A stretch of DNA of 64,000 nucleotides, from assembly GCA_036266795.1 (NCBI GenBank), contig DATAXJ010000025.1, positions 101,632-165,631 on the forward strand, given 5' to 3'. This document shows, one piece after another, positions 17,041 through 24,158 of this stretch (position 1 is the first letter of the stretch; every line of letters begins with the position of its first letter). The notes beneath the pieces are model-generated. The model was given only the letters and a program-made list of their open reading frames with translations, was not told where the DNA came from and ran no database searches. The translations under genes and the position numbers were made by a program. This DNA comes from Steroidobacteraceae bacterium (GTDB taxonomy: Bacteria > Pseudomonadota > Gammaproteobacteria > Steroidobacterales > Steroidobacteraceae).

Positions 17041-17160
17041 TGAGGCCGGAAATGCCACGTAACCCACGCCGTTATATCCTCGTAGTCGCCGATCGGTCGA
17101 CTTCCAGTAGACGCTGGGGGGCGCTCGAATCGGTAGAGCGGCGCCCACATCTCATAGAGG

Positions 17161-17189
17161 TTGACATCCTATACGATGTCACATAACAT
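17161..17189 (+). promoter_or_regulatory. Candidate sigma70 promoter with embedded inverted repeat (possible TA operator)
   Basis: TTGACA (17161-17166), 17-bp spacer, TAACAT (17184-17189). IR GACATC/GATGTC at 17163-17168 and 17175-17180. The GTG start at 17196 lies only 7 nt from the -10, so the mRNA may be leaderless. Confidence 0.45.
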
Positions 17190-17195
17190 TTTCGA

Positions 17196-17618
17196 GTGCG
17201 GGTCGTACTCGATACATCCGTGGTCATCGCAGGACTGAGGAGTCGCCTCGGCGCGAGCAATCAGGTCTTGGTCGCGGTCGCGGAACAACGTTGCACCCCG
17301 CTGGTGACTACCGCTTTATTCCTGGAGTACGAAGCGGTGCTGCTGCGACCTGAGCATCAGCTCGCGACCGGTTTGAATCCTTCCGATATAGAGGGATTCC
17401 TAGCGGCGCTGGCGAGCGCTGCCGAGCCCGTTGAAATCAACTTCCTGTGGCGCCCGCAGCTTCGGGATCCGGCTGATGAGCTGGTACTCGAGGCCGCGGT
17501 GAACGGAAAAGCCAGCGCCATTGTGACGCATAACGTCAAGGACTTCAGATCCGGGGCGGAACGATTTGGGGTTGCGACGTTGACTCCTGCGGAATTACTG
17601 AAGGAGCTCCGAAAGTGA
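17196..17618 (+). CDS. PIN-domain toxin (putative type II TA toxin component, PIN family)
   Basis: 140 aa; VVLDTSVVIAG (acidic D), ...LEYEAVL..., DPADELVLEAAVNGKASAIVTHNVKDF. Confidence 0.8.
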   Translation: MRVVLDTSVVIAGLRSRLGASNQVLVAVAEQRCTPLVTTALFLEYEAVLLRPEHQLATGLNPSDIEGFLAALASAAEPVEINFLWRPQLRDPADELVLEAAVNGKASAIVTHNVKDFRSGAERFGVATLTPAELLKELRK

Positions 17619-17860
17619 GCAAGAGTACCTATCCTTTGAAACTTCCCAATTCCATTAAGAATGCAGCGGCAGAGCTCGCGAAGGCAGACGGCGTGTCACT
17701 CAATCAGTTCATTGCGGCTGCGGTCGCGGAGAAGGTAGGCTCGTTGCAGACGGCGCAAATATTTCTAGAGCAGCGAGCAGGCACAGCAAAGCCTAAGGAC
17801 CTTCTCAAGTATCTGAGACGCGTGCCCAAGGTGGCTCCGCTGGACGATGACCGGACTTAG
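17615..17860 (+). CDS. RHH / HicB-like antitoxin
   Basis: 81 aa; YPLKLPNSIKNAAAELAKADGVSLNQFIAAAVAEKV. GTGA overlap with the toxin stop (17615-17618). Confidence 0.7.
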   Translation: MSKSTYPLKLPNSIKNAAAELAKADGVSLNQFIAAAVAEKVGSLQTAQIFLEQRAGTAKPKDLLKYLRRVPKVAPLDDDRT

Positions 17861-17956
17861 GTCTTCACAGCGCGCGGGAACGCTCAGGGTCTGGGCTCGT
17901 GGGCGGTTGGTCCGACGTGCTATCCGCGACGTCGTGCTCTGCCCGCCTGCGGTCCT

Positions 17957-18193
17957 CTACAGGAGACGATCAGCTAACGTCCCGGTCCATAAACGGCCAT
18001 CGCTCGTGAACTCGAGCGTTAGCGTTTCCCTTACGCCAGCTTCTTCCTTGACATACGATATGATCGCGTAACCCATGGGGTGCGTCTTTGGTGACCTCGG
18101 GTGATTAAACGACTCTCGTGTGACCGCAAAAAACTCGATTCGTTCCGCGTGCCTATCTTCCGTCCAGCTGGGCCCGAATATTCGAACCAACAA
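17957..18193 (-). CDS. Hypothetical protein (may be the shifted C-terminal part of the 18153..18491 ORF)
   Basis: 78-aa ORF overlapping the upstream ORF by 41 nt in another frame. No recognisable motif. Confidence 0.25.
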   Translation of the reverse strand: MLVRIFGPSWTEDRHAERIEFFAVTRESFNHPRSPKTHPMGYAIISYVKEEAGVRETLTLEFTSDGRLWTGTLADRLL

Positions 18194-18491
18194 TCGGCGG
18201 CCCGCCTCGGTTCACCGGATCATAATTCACCAAATGGATGACTTCCTGCTTGAGCTTATCCCGATCCGGAAGCGCAGACCGTGTAACGCTGTCTGCATGA
18301 AAGTAGCGCTTAAGGCCGCCGCTTGTCGCATAGAAGGTTGGATCCATGAGGACGTCGCTCCGGAAGACGGTATCGATAACCTCCAAGACGTCGAGAGCAG
18401 TTTTCTGGGTCGGGGCCGCTGCAAACCCGACGTGGCATCCGATGACCAATGCCAATGCGACGAATATCGTCCTTGCTTTTACTTTCATCAT
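18153..18491 (-). CDS. Hypothetical small secreted protein
   Basis: Start taken at MMKVKARTIFVALALVIGCHVGFAAAP (signal peptide). The longer ORF to 18773 reads through the msrA repeat in the wrong frame. Confidence 0.45.
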   Translation of the reverse strand: MMKVKARTIFVALALVIGCHVGFAAAPTQKTALDVLEVIDTVFRSDVLMDPTFYATSGGLKRYFHADSVTRSALPDRDKLKQEVIHLVNYDPVNRGGPPIVGSNIRAQLDGR

Positions 18492-18706
18492 ATTGACCGG
18501 GCAACGGGGCTCTGCCACCGAGGAATTGTGTACTCCTCGGCGACATTCTTTCCCCGCGGAATATCCTAAGCCCGAACCATCGGTAGACTTCCGGTAGACT
18601 TCAGCGCCGAAAACACCCGCCATTTTCCTGCAGAATTCCGCGGGGTCTTCCATTCCCCAGCACGTAACTCTTTGTCTCCCGGCAGGAAACAGAGTAACAC
18701 GAGCCC

Positions 18707-18815
18707 TTACACCTTCTCCCCCAGCTCCAACTCCGCGGATTTGAAGCTGACCCCGCACGAGTGATCGGGGCAATACCCATCCGGATTCTTCGCCAGGTAC
18801 TGCTGGTGATAATCC
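18707..18815 (-). repeat. msrA 3'-end copy C (part of the intact gene)
   Basis: Same segment as copies A and B; 46-bp identical core at 18751-18796. Confidence 0.9.
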
Positions 18816-19300
18816 TCCGCGTAGAAGAATGGCGGAGCCGGCCGAATCTCCGTGGTGATCTGACCGTAGCCAGCCTTGGTCAGCGCTCTTTGGAATTCCT
18901 TGCGCGACTGTTCCGCCGCCTGCTGCTGCGCCTCACCGTCGGTATAGATCAGCGAGCGGTACTGGCTGCCGATGTCATTGCCCTGACGCATCCCCTGCGT
19001 CGGATCGTGTGATTCCCAGAACACCTTGAGAAGCTGCTCATAGGTAACGCGTTTCGGGTCATAAATCACCAGCACCACCTCGGCGTGTCCGGTGGTATTG
19101 CTGCACACCTGTCGATAGGTGGGATTCGGCGTATGCCCGCCGGCGTAGCCGACGGCGGTGGCGTACACGCCAGGCATTTCCCAGAACTGCTTCTCCGCGC
19201 CCCAGAAGCAGCCCATGCCGAAAACGGCGCGCTCGAGGCCCGGTGGAAAAGGCGGCTGAATGCGCTGGCCATTGACAAAATGTGTTTCCGGAATCTGCAT
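18707..19300 (-). CDS. msrA: Peptide-methionine (S)-S-oxide reductase
   Basis: Start at MQIPETHF... (GAGGAG 6 nt upstream); [13 protein letters not shown] active-site motif; ...[37 protein letters not shown]. Confidence 0.9.
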   Translation of the reverse strand: MQIPETHFVNGQRIQPPFPPGLERAVFGMGCFWGAEKQFWEMPGVYATAVGYAGGHTPNPTYRQVCSNTTGHAEVVLVIYDPKRVTYEQLLKVFWESHDPTQGMRQGNDIGSQYRSLIYTDGEAQQQAAEQSRKEFQRALTKAGYGQITTEIRPAPPFFYAEDYHQQYLAKNPDGYCPDHSCGVSFKSAELELGEKV

Positions 19301-19377
19301 GTACTGCTCCTCGCGACCGCAGGGGCCGCGTTCTCCAGGCGCCTTCAATCCCTTCGATGTTGCGCTAAACTTCACCC

Positions 19378-19647
19378 ATGAACGCGATCTGTCAGCCCCA
19401 CAACCTGCGTCGGCCCATTTTCCAGGGCCCCAAGCCCTACGGCGTGCGCGTCAGTCTTCGCCCTGGCGATCCATTCCGCAAGATCATGGGGGCGGATTGG
19501 CACCGCAGCCATTGGTACCCTAGCGCCGCCGAACGCGACGCAGCGCTGGCGGACATGAGTCGTAAGCACGAGTACTCGCGCGTCGGCGACAGGCCGGCAC
19601 TGCTGTTCGAAAAGATCGAAAACCTCGCGGTCAGCCACGGCGTCTGA
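19378..19647 (+). CDS. Conserved-looking small hypothetical protein
   Basis: 89 aa; high GC3; ...[43 protein letters not shown]... No family assigned. Confidence 0.5.
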   Translation: MNAICQPHNLRRPIFQGPKPYGVRVSLRPGDPFRKIMGADWHRSHWYPSAAERDAALADMSRKHEYSRVGDRPALLFEKIENLAVSHGV

Positions 19648-19662
19648 CCCCGACGCCGGCGA

Positions 19663-21948
19663 TCAGAACGAATGCCCGAGGTACAGGTAGAACGCCGTGC
19701 TGCCGCTCTGGTCGTAGCCCATCGCGAGATATGCGGGTCCGAGATAGGTGTCGGCTGCCACGAACAGTGAGAAGTCGGTGCGCAGCGCGCTGAAGTGCAT
19801 CTGGCTGCGCTGGTTCCAGACGTTGCCGGATTCGAGCGAGGCACCGATATAGGCGGGCACGTCCAGGATGCCCTCTCCGCCGTTGCCGACCTTGTGCAGA
19901 TAGATGAGCCGTCCGATGGCATATTGGGGGCCGGCCAGCGTATCGGCTCGCACGCCCGATAAATTGAGAAAGCCGCCGAGCGGGAAGTAATCGCGAATGG
20001 CGGTCTGGCTGCCGCCGGCGGTCATGCCACCGGAAACCCAGGTAACCAAGGTGTTGCGAGCCCAGGAGTGCACCCCGCGCCAGTCGACGGTGGCGACATC
20101 CGCACCCTCCCCCGCCCCGCGGCTCTCGACCGTAAGCTGGGTAGTCAGCGCCTGCCCGGAGCGCGCGAAGCTCGGGCTGTCCCGATCATCGAAGCCGAAG
20201 CGCACGAAGTACTGCTCCACGTCGAAATTTGCGCCAGGGGCGTTGAAGTCGCCGAGACTCACGCGCTCGCTGCCGTTATCGGTCACCGCGCCCATGCGAA
20301 TCTCGCCCCAGTTGCCCAGCGCGCGCCCCAGATCCAGCCCGGCATGTACGCTGCGTACCAGGTATTCGCCCACGTGTCGGCCGTCTTCCACCTGCGCGAT
20401 CTGGTACTGCCCAATGTCCGCATGCGGATCGACGAAGTACTGCGTGACATTGGATAGCGGCTGATAAAACTCCGTCGACAGCAGCGGCGCCGTCCCCACC
20501 TGCAGCACCGAGTCCCACTCGGCGCCCAGGGAATTGAGCTCGGTGACATCCAGCCGTCCGGCCGCGTCGAAGCTGGTATCGCCTTCGAAGTCGTCCTGCA
20601 TGTCCATCCCGAGCCGCAGATAATTCGGTCCCCAGGAGTTGCGCAGCGCCGTGAAATCCAGCCCATATTGGTCGCCGGGACCCTGCTGCAACTGGTAGTC
20701 GAGTGTCTCCAGGTAACCACGGCCGTAGAGCAGCTGGATCTGCTGCTGCAGCGCCTGCGCGTCGAGCATTTGACCGCTGAAGCGGTCGAACATGTCATGG
20801 ATCTGGCGGTTGTAAGCCGTGGAATCCGGATCCACACGCACGAAGCTCACCTTGGGCGGTGGCGCTCGCACGGCGCGGCGCGCATCGAGATAGCGCGCAT
20901 ACTCGGCGTCCGAAACCGACAACGCGCGCAGCTGTTTCTCCATGGCCGCCGCGGCGCTTTCCCCCGCGCTGACGATCTTCAGAGTGTCGGCAAAGTCGTA
21001 GGAAGAGTAATTGCCGAGCTGTGGACTGATGAGCAGGTCGTGGGCGCCGAGGCTTGCAAGCTCCCGACGGACATTTCGCCGCAGCAGAATCGCCAGCACC
21101 TGGTTGGTGATACCCGGCAGCGAAACGAGCCCCTTGCGCGACTGCAGTGGATAGCCGGCATCCACGACGATCAAAACATCGACGTTCATTGCCCGCGCGA
21201 CGTCGATCGGCAGGTTGTCGACCAACCCTCCATCCACGAGCACCTGCCCATGGTATTCGACCGGTGCAAACACGCCGGGAACGGACACGCTGGCGCGCAT
21301 GGCGGTCGCAAGGTCGCCGCCGGCCAGCACGCTCGCCTCGCCGTTCTCCAGGTTGGTCGCGACGGCGCGAAAATGCGTCGGCAGGCGGTCAAAATCGGTG
21401 ATGCGCGCCACTGGCAGAGTGAGGGCGCGTAGCGTCTCGGTGAACTTCTGGCTCTGGATGAGTCCGCGGGGGATCACGAGCTTGCGGCCCTGCAGTCCCA
21501 GCGGAAGATTGACCAGATACTGTTCTTCCTCCTGCTTGCGGCGATAATCCAGCGCTGCCAGTGGCGGACGATCGCGAAACGCCGCCTGCCAGTCGACCGA
21601 GCCCATCGCCTGTGCAATCTCACGCCCGGACAGGCCACTCGCGTAGAGGCCACCCACCACGGCACCCATGCTGGTGCCGGCGATCGCGTCGATCGGTACG
21701 TGCAACCGATCGAGCATCTCCAGCACCCCGATGTGCGCCGCCCCGCGTGCACCACCCCCCGAGAGCACCAGGCCGATGCGCAGGCGCCGTGGCTGCGGGG
21801 ACACGGTGGTGCTCGCCGAGGGCGCGGGCGTCAGCGGCGGCGCGAGGGTTGATGAAGGCGGGACGGAACTGGTCGGGGGCAGCTGCGCGACCGCGGCGGC
21901 AGACGAAAGCAGGCACACCGCCAGCGTGATGAGTCTGGGTTTATGCAT
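19663..21948 (-). CDS. Patatin-like phospholipase fused to POTRA and an Omp85-type beta-barrel (type Vd secretion, PlpD-like)
   Basis: 761 aa; signal peptide, GLVLSGGGARGAAHIGV, GTSMGAVVGG (GxSxG), DGG...N.P, C-terminal barrel ending ...YLYLGHSF. Confidence 0.85.
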   Translation of the reverse strand: MHKPRLITLAVCLLSSAAAVAQLPPTSSVPPSSTLAPPLTPAPSASTTVSPQPRRLRIGLVLSGGGARGAAHIGVLEMLDRLHVPIDAIAGTSMGAVVGGLYASGLSGREIAQAMGSVDWQAAFRDRPPLAALDYRRKQEEEQYLVNLPLGLQGRKLVIPRGLIQSQKFTETLRALTLPVARITDFDRLPTHFRAVATNLENGEASVLAGGDLATAMRASVSVPGVFAPVEYHGQVLVDGGLVDNLPIDVARAMNVDVLIVVDAGYPLQSRKGLVSLPGITNQVLAILLRRNVRRELASLGAHDLLISPQLGNYSSYDFADTLKIVSAGESAAAAMEKQLRALSVSDAEYARYLDARRAVRAPPPKVSFVRVDPDSTAYNRQIHDMFDRFSGQMLDAQALQQQIQLLYGRGYLETLDYQLQQGPGDQYGLDFTALRNSWGPNYLRLGMDMQDDFEGDTSFDAAGRLDVTELNSLGAEWDSVLQVGTAPLLSTEFYQPLSNVTQYFVDPHADIGQYQIAQVEDGRHVGEYLVRSVHAGLDLGRALGNWGEIRMGAVTDNGSERVSLGDFNAPGANFDVEQYFVRFGFDDRDSPSFARSGQALTTQLTVESRGAGEGADVATVDWRGVHSWARNTLVTWVSGGMTAGGSQTAIRDYFPLGGFLNLSGVRADTLAGPQYAIGRLIYLHKVGNGGEGILDVPAYIGASLESGNVWNQRSQMHFSALRTDFSLFVAADTYLGPAYLAMGYDQSGSTAFYLYLGHSF

Positions 21949-22073
21949 GCAACCGCTGCGGCCGTCGGGCCGGCGTGGGGAATCTTAGCATGCGCTCCAA
22001 CTCTGGTTCGCCGGCATCAGTATGTATGCGGGATGCGCTACCGCCACCGCAGGGCAGCCATTAAGCTTGTGAC

Positions 22074-22826
22074 ATGGGAATCGGCTCTGGACTGATCATT
22101 GGTCTGGTCATCGAAGTTGCGCTGATCGCGCACTGCCTGCGCACCGGACGCAATCCGCTGTGGATCGTGCTCATCGTTCTGCTGGGCCCGCTCGGCTGGC
22201 TGATCTACGCGGTCGTGGAGCTGCTGCCGGGCCTGTTCGGGGGCGCCGGCACGACGCGGGCTTGGGGCGGCATGCGCCGCGCCCTGAATCCGGGCGCGGA
22301 TCTGCGCCGCTACGAGGCGGAAATGCAGCGCAGCGGCGACGTCGCAAGCCGCCAGCACTACGCGGACGCCCTGATCGCCCACGGACGTGCGAGCGAGGCG
22401 ATCGCGGTCTATCGCCAGGCGCTCACCGGCCTGTACGAGAGCGATCCGAATTTGCTGTGGGGACTGGCGCGTGCACAGTTTGCCTCCGGAGCGGTGGGCG
22501 AGGCACGCGCCACGCTCGAGACATTGCGGGCGCGCAATGGGCAGTTTCCTTCTCCCGAGGCTCACCTGCTGTACGCACGCGCGCTCGAGGCGGAGGGCAA
22601 CACCGCGCGCGCGCTGGAGGAATACGCAGCGGTGATGCGCTCCTTCGCTGGCGCCGAGGCGCCACTGCGCTATGCGCAGCTGCTGCGTGCCGCAGGCCGT
22701 TCCGAGGAGGCACGACGCGTTCTCAAGGAGCTGCTGGACAACGCGCGCATCGCGCCGCGCTACTACCGGCGCATGCAGCGCCAGTGGCTGGTCATGGCCG
22801 AGCACGAGTCGTCCGCCCTCTCCTGA
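22074..22826 (+). CDS. Membrane protein with PLDc_N-like N-terminus and TPR-like repeats
   Basis: 250 aa; two N-terminal TM helices (LIIGLVIEVALIAHCL..., WIVLIVLLGPLGWLIYAVVELLP), then helical repeats. Confidence 0.6.
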   Translation: MGIGSGLIIGLVIEVALIAHCLRTGRNPLWIVLIVLLGPLGWLIYAVVELLPGLFGGAGTTRAWGGMRRALNPGADLRRYEAEMQRSGDVASRQHYADALIAHGRASEAIAVYRQALTGLYESDPNLLWGLARAQFASGAVGEARATLETLRARNGQFPSPEAHLLYARALEAEGNTARALEEYAAVMRSFAGAEAPLRYAQLLRAAGRSEEARRVLKELLDNARIAPRYYRRMQRQWLVMAEHESSALS

Positions 22827-23919
22827 CGCGAGGCCGCGCGATGCGCGGTTGCTGCTGCGTGATGCAGTGGATATTGCCCCCCCCAAGCAGGATTTCGCGG
22901 GCGGGCACGCCGACCAGGCGCCGGTCCGGGAAGACGCGCTGCAGGACACGTCGTGCCGCTGCATCGGTGCGCGCGTCGAGCAGTGGCAGGATCACGGCGC
23001 CATTGGCGAGGTAGAAGTTGAGGTAGCTGCCCGTCAGGCGCTGCCCCGCCCGCAGCGGGCGGATACCAGGCCGCGGCAGAATTCCGCGCGCTTCGCGCGC
23101 ACTCAGGTACAGCGGGGGCGGCGCGGGAATGCGGTGCACGCGCAGGCGCCGGCCGCGCGCATCGCGTGCCGCGAGCAGCCTCTCCAGAGCGTCCTCGCAG
23201 ATGTGCCGCTGCGTATCGCGCTCATCCTGCGGCCAGGTCAGACACACCTCTCCCGGACGTGCAAAGCAGGCCAGATTGTCGATATGTCCGCGCGTCTCAT
23301 CGTCGATGAGCCCGCGTCCGAGCCAGATCACCTGCGTTGCGCCCAGATAGCGCTTGAGCAACGTCTCGATGCGCGCGCGCCCGAGCCTCGGATTGCGCTT
23401 GATATCCAGCAGGCTCTCCTCGGTGACCAACACCGTGCCCTGCCCGTCCACATGCAGTGCGCCACCCTCGGTGACCAGCGGCGCGCAATAGCGCTCGCAG
23501 CCGGCGAGTTCGAGCACCTTCTGGGCGACGCAGCGATCGCGCTCGAAGTTGCGATACAGGCCGCCCCAGGCATTGAAGCGCCACTGCGTACCGCGCACAC
23601 GCCCGGCCGCATCCAGCAGGAAGGTCGGCCCCACATCGCGCATCCAGGCATCGTCGCTGGAGATCTCCACCAGGCGCACCGCTGCGGGCAGCTGCGCGCG
23701 GGCGCTGGCATAGGCGAGCGCCGAAGCGCCTACCGTGACCGGCTCGAAACGCGCGATGGCGGCCGCCACGGCTGCGAATGCCCGCTGGGCGGGCGCGGCC
23801 TGGCGCCGCCAGTTATCCGGTCGTTCCGGCCAGAGCATCCAGCAGCCGGCGTGCGCGGCAAACTCCGCCGGCATGCGGAAACCGTCGGCGGCGGGAGTGC
23901 TGAGCAGCGTTTGAGTCAT
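22792..23919 (-). CDS. aguA: Agmatine deiminase
   Basis: 375 aa; FRMPAEFA.H...WM.WP, DDAWMRDVGPTF, ...GGGNIHCITQQQP. Confidence 0.9.
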   Translation of the reverse strand: MTQTLLSTPAADGFRMPAEFAAHAGCWMLWPERPDNWRRQAAPAQRAFAAVAAAIARFEPVTVGASALAYASARAQLPAAVRLVEISSDDAWMRDVGPTFLLDAAGRVRGTQWRFNAWGGLYRNFERDRCVAQKVLELAGCERYCAPLVTEGGALHVDGQGTVLVTEESLLDIKRNPRLGRARIETLLKRYLGATQVIWLGRGLIDDETRGHIDNLACFARPGEVCLTWPQDERDTQRHICEDALERLLAARDARGRRLRVHRIPAPPPLYLSAREARGILPRPGIRPLRAGQRLTGSYLNFYLANGAVILPLLDARTDAAARRVLQRVFPDRRLVGVPAREILLGGGNIHCITQQQPRIARPRVRRGRTTRARP

Positions 23920-23957
23920 CGGGTCATTCTACGATGCGAAGACGTTATGCTGTCGGT

Positions 23958-24158
23958 ATGCGGCGCATCCTCGTCGTGCTGGGGGCATTGCTGATCGCGG
24001 TGGGCCTGGCATGGCCGTGGCTGTCGCGCCTGCCGCTGGGGCGCTTGCCCGGGGACATCGTAATCGTACGTCCCGGCTTTCGATTCTATTTTCCGCTGAC
24101 GACGCTGATCCTCGTCAGCCTTATCGTCAGCCTGCTGCTGCGGATATTCCGCCGCTAG
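23958..24158 (+). CDS. DUF2905 family small membrane protein
   Basis: MRRILVVLGALLIAVGLAWPWLSRLPLGRLPGDIVIVRPGFRFYFPLTTLILVSLIVSLLLRIFRR. Confidence 0.7.
   Translation: MRRILVVLGALLIAVGLAWPWLSRLPLGRLPGDIVIVRPGFRFYFPLTTLILVSLIVSLLLRIFRR

Larger units (their letters stand above)
17041..18706. mobile_element. Putative integrated island 2 (integrase-less) between msrA 3' copies B and C; cargo is a PIN/RHH TA pair plus small ORFs
   Basis: Bounded by the direct repeats. Iterons near both ends (17094-17138, 18582-18600). Visibly lower G+C than the flanks (not computed). Confidence 0.5.

Noticed and set aside
16693-17150. ORFs 16693..17148 (151 aa) and 16869..17150 (93 aa), plus the N-terminal extension of 18153..18773, considered as genes.
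   Set aside because: They read through the msrA 3' repeats and the iteron blocks in the wrong frames (for example [10 protein letters not shown]...). They are artefacts of the duplicated sequence.
10959-18706. Integrase, excisionase, transposase, tRNA or IS ends inside or beside the msrA-flanked islands.
   Set aside because: All six frames were inspected through the ORF track and by eye. No recombinase-like or DDE-like translation, tRNA-like cloverleaf sequence or terminal inverted repeats were found. The islands are therefore called integrase-less, and their mobility remains an inference.
22792-22826. The 35-bp convergent overlap between the aguA 3' end and the TPR-membrane gene 3' end as a regulatory feature.
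   Set aside because: The conserved AguA sequence ends at ...CITQQQP. The overlap is made of the non-conserved tails of both ORFs and needs no special explanation.
22672-23994. Long antisense or alternative-frame ORFs, such as this 440-aa one. Others of the same kind include 22038..22964, 22160..23014, 36027..37601, 37743..38978, 42169..43902, 47531..49699, 53019..54287 and 55850..56944.
   Set aside because: These are typical high-GC shadow ORFs. They have extreme Arg/Ala/Gly/His/Pro composition and no motifs, and each lies opposite or out of frame to a strongly recognisable gene (aguA, puuA/puuD, puuB, puuC, fcl/gmd, RND, MFP).
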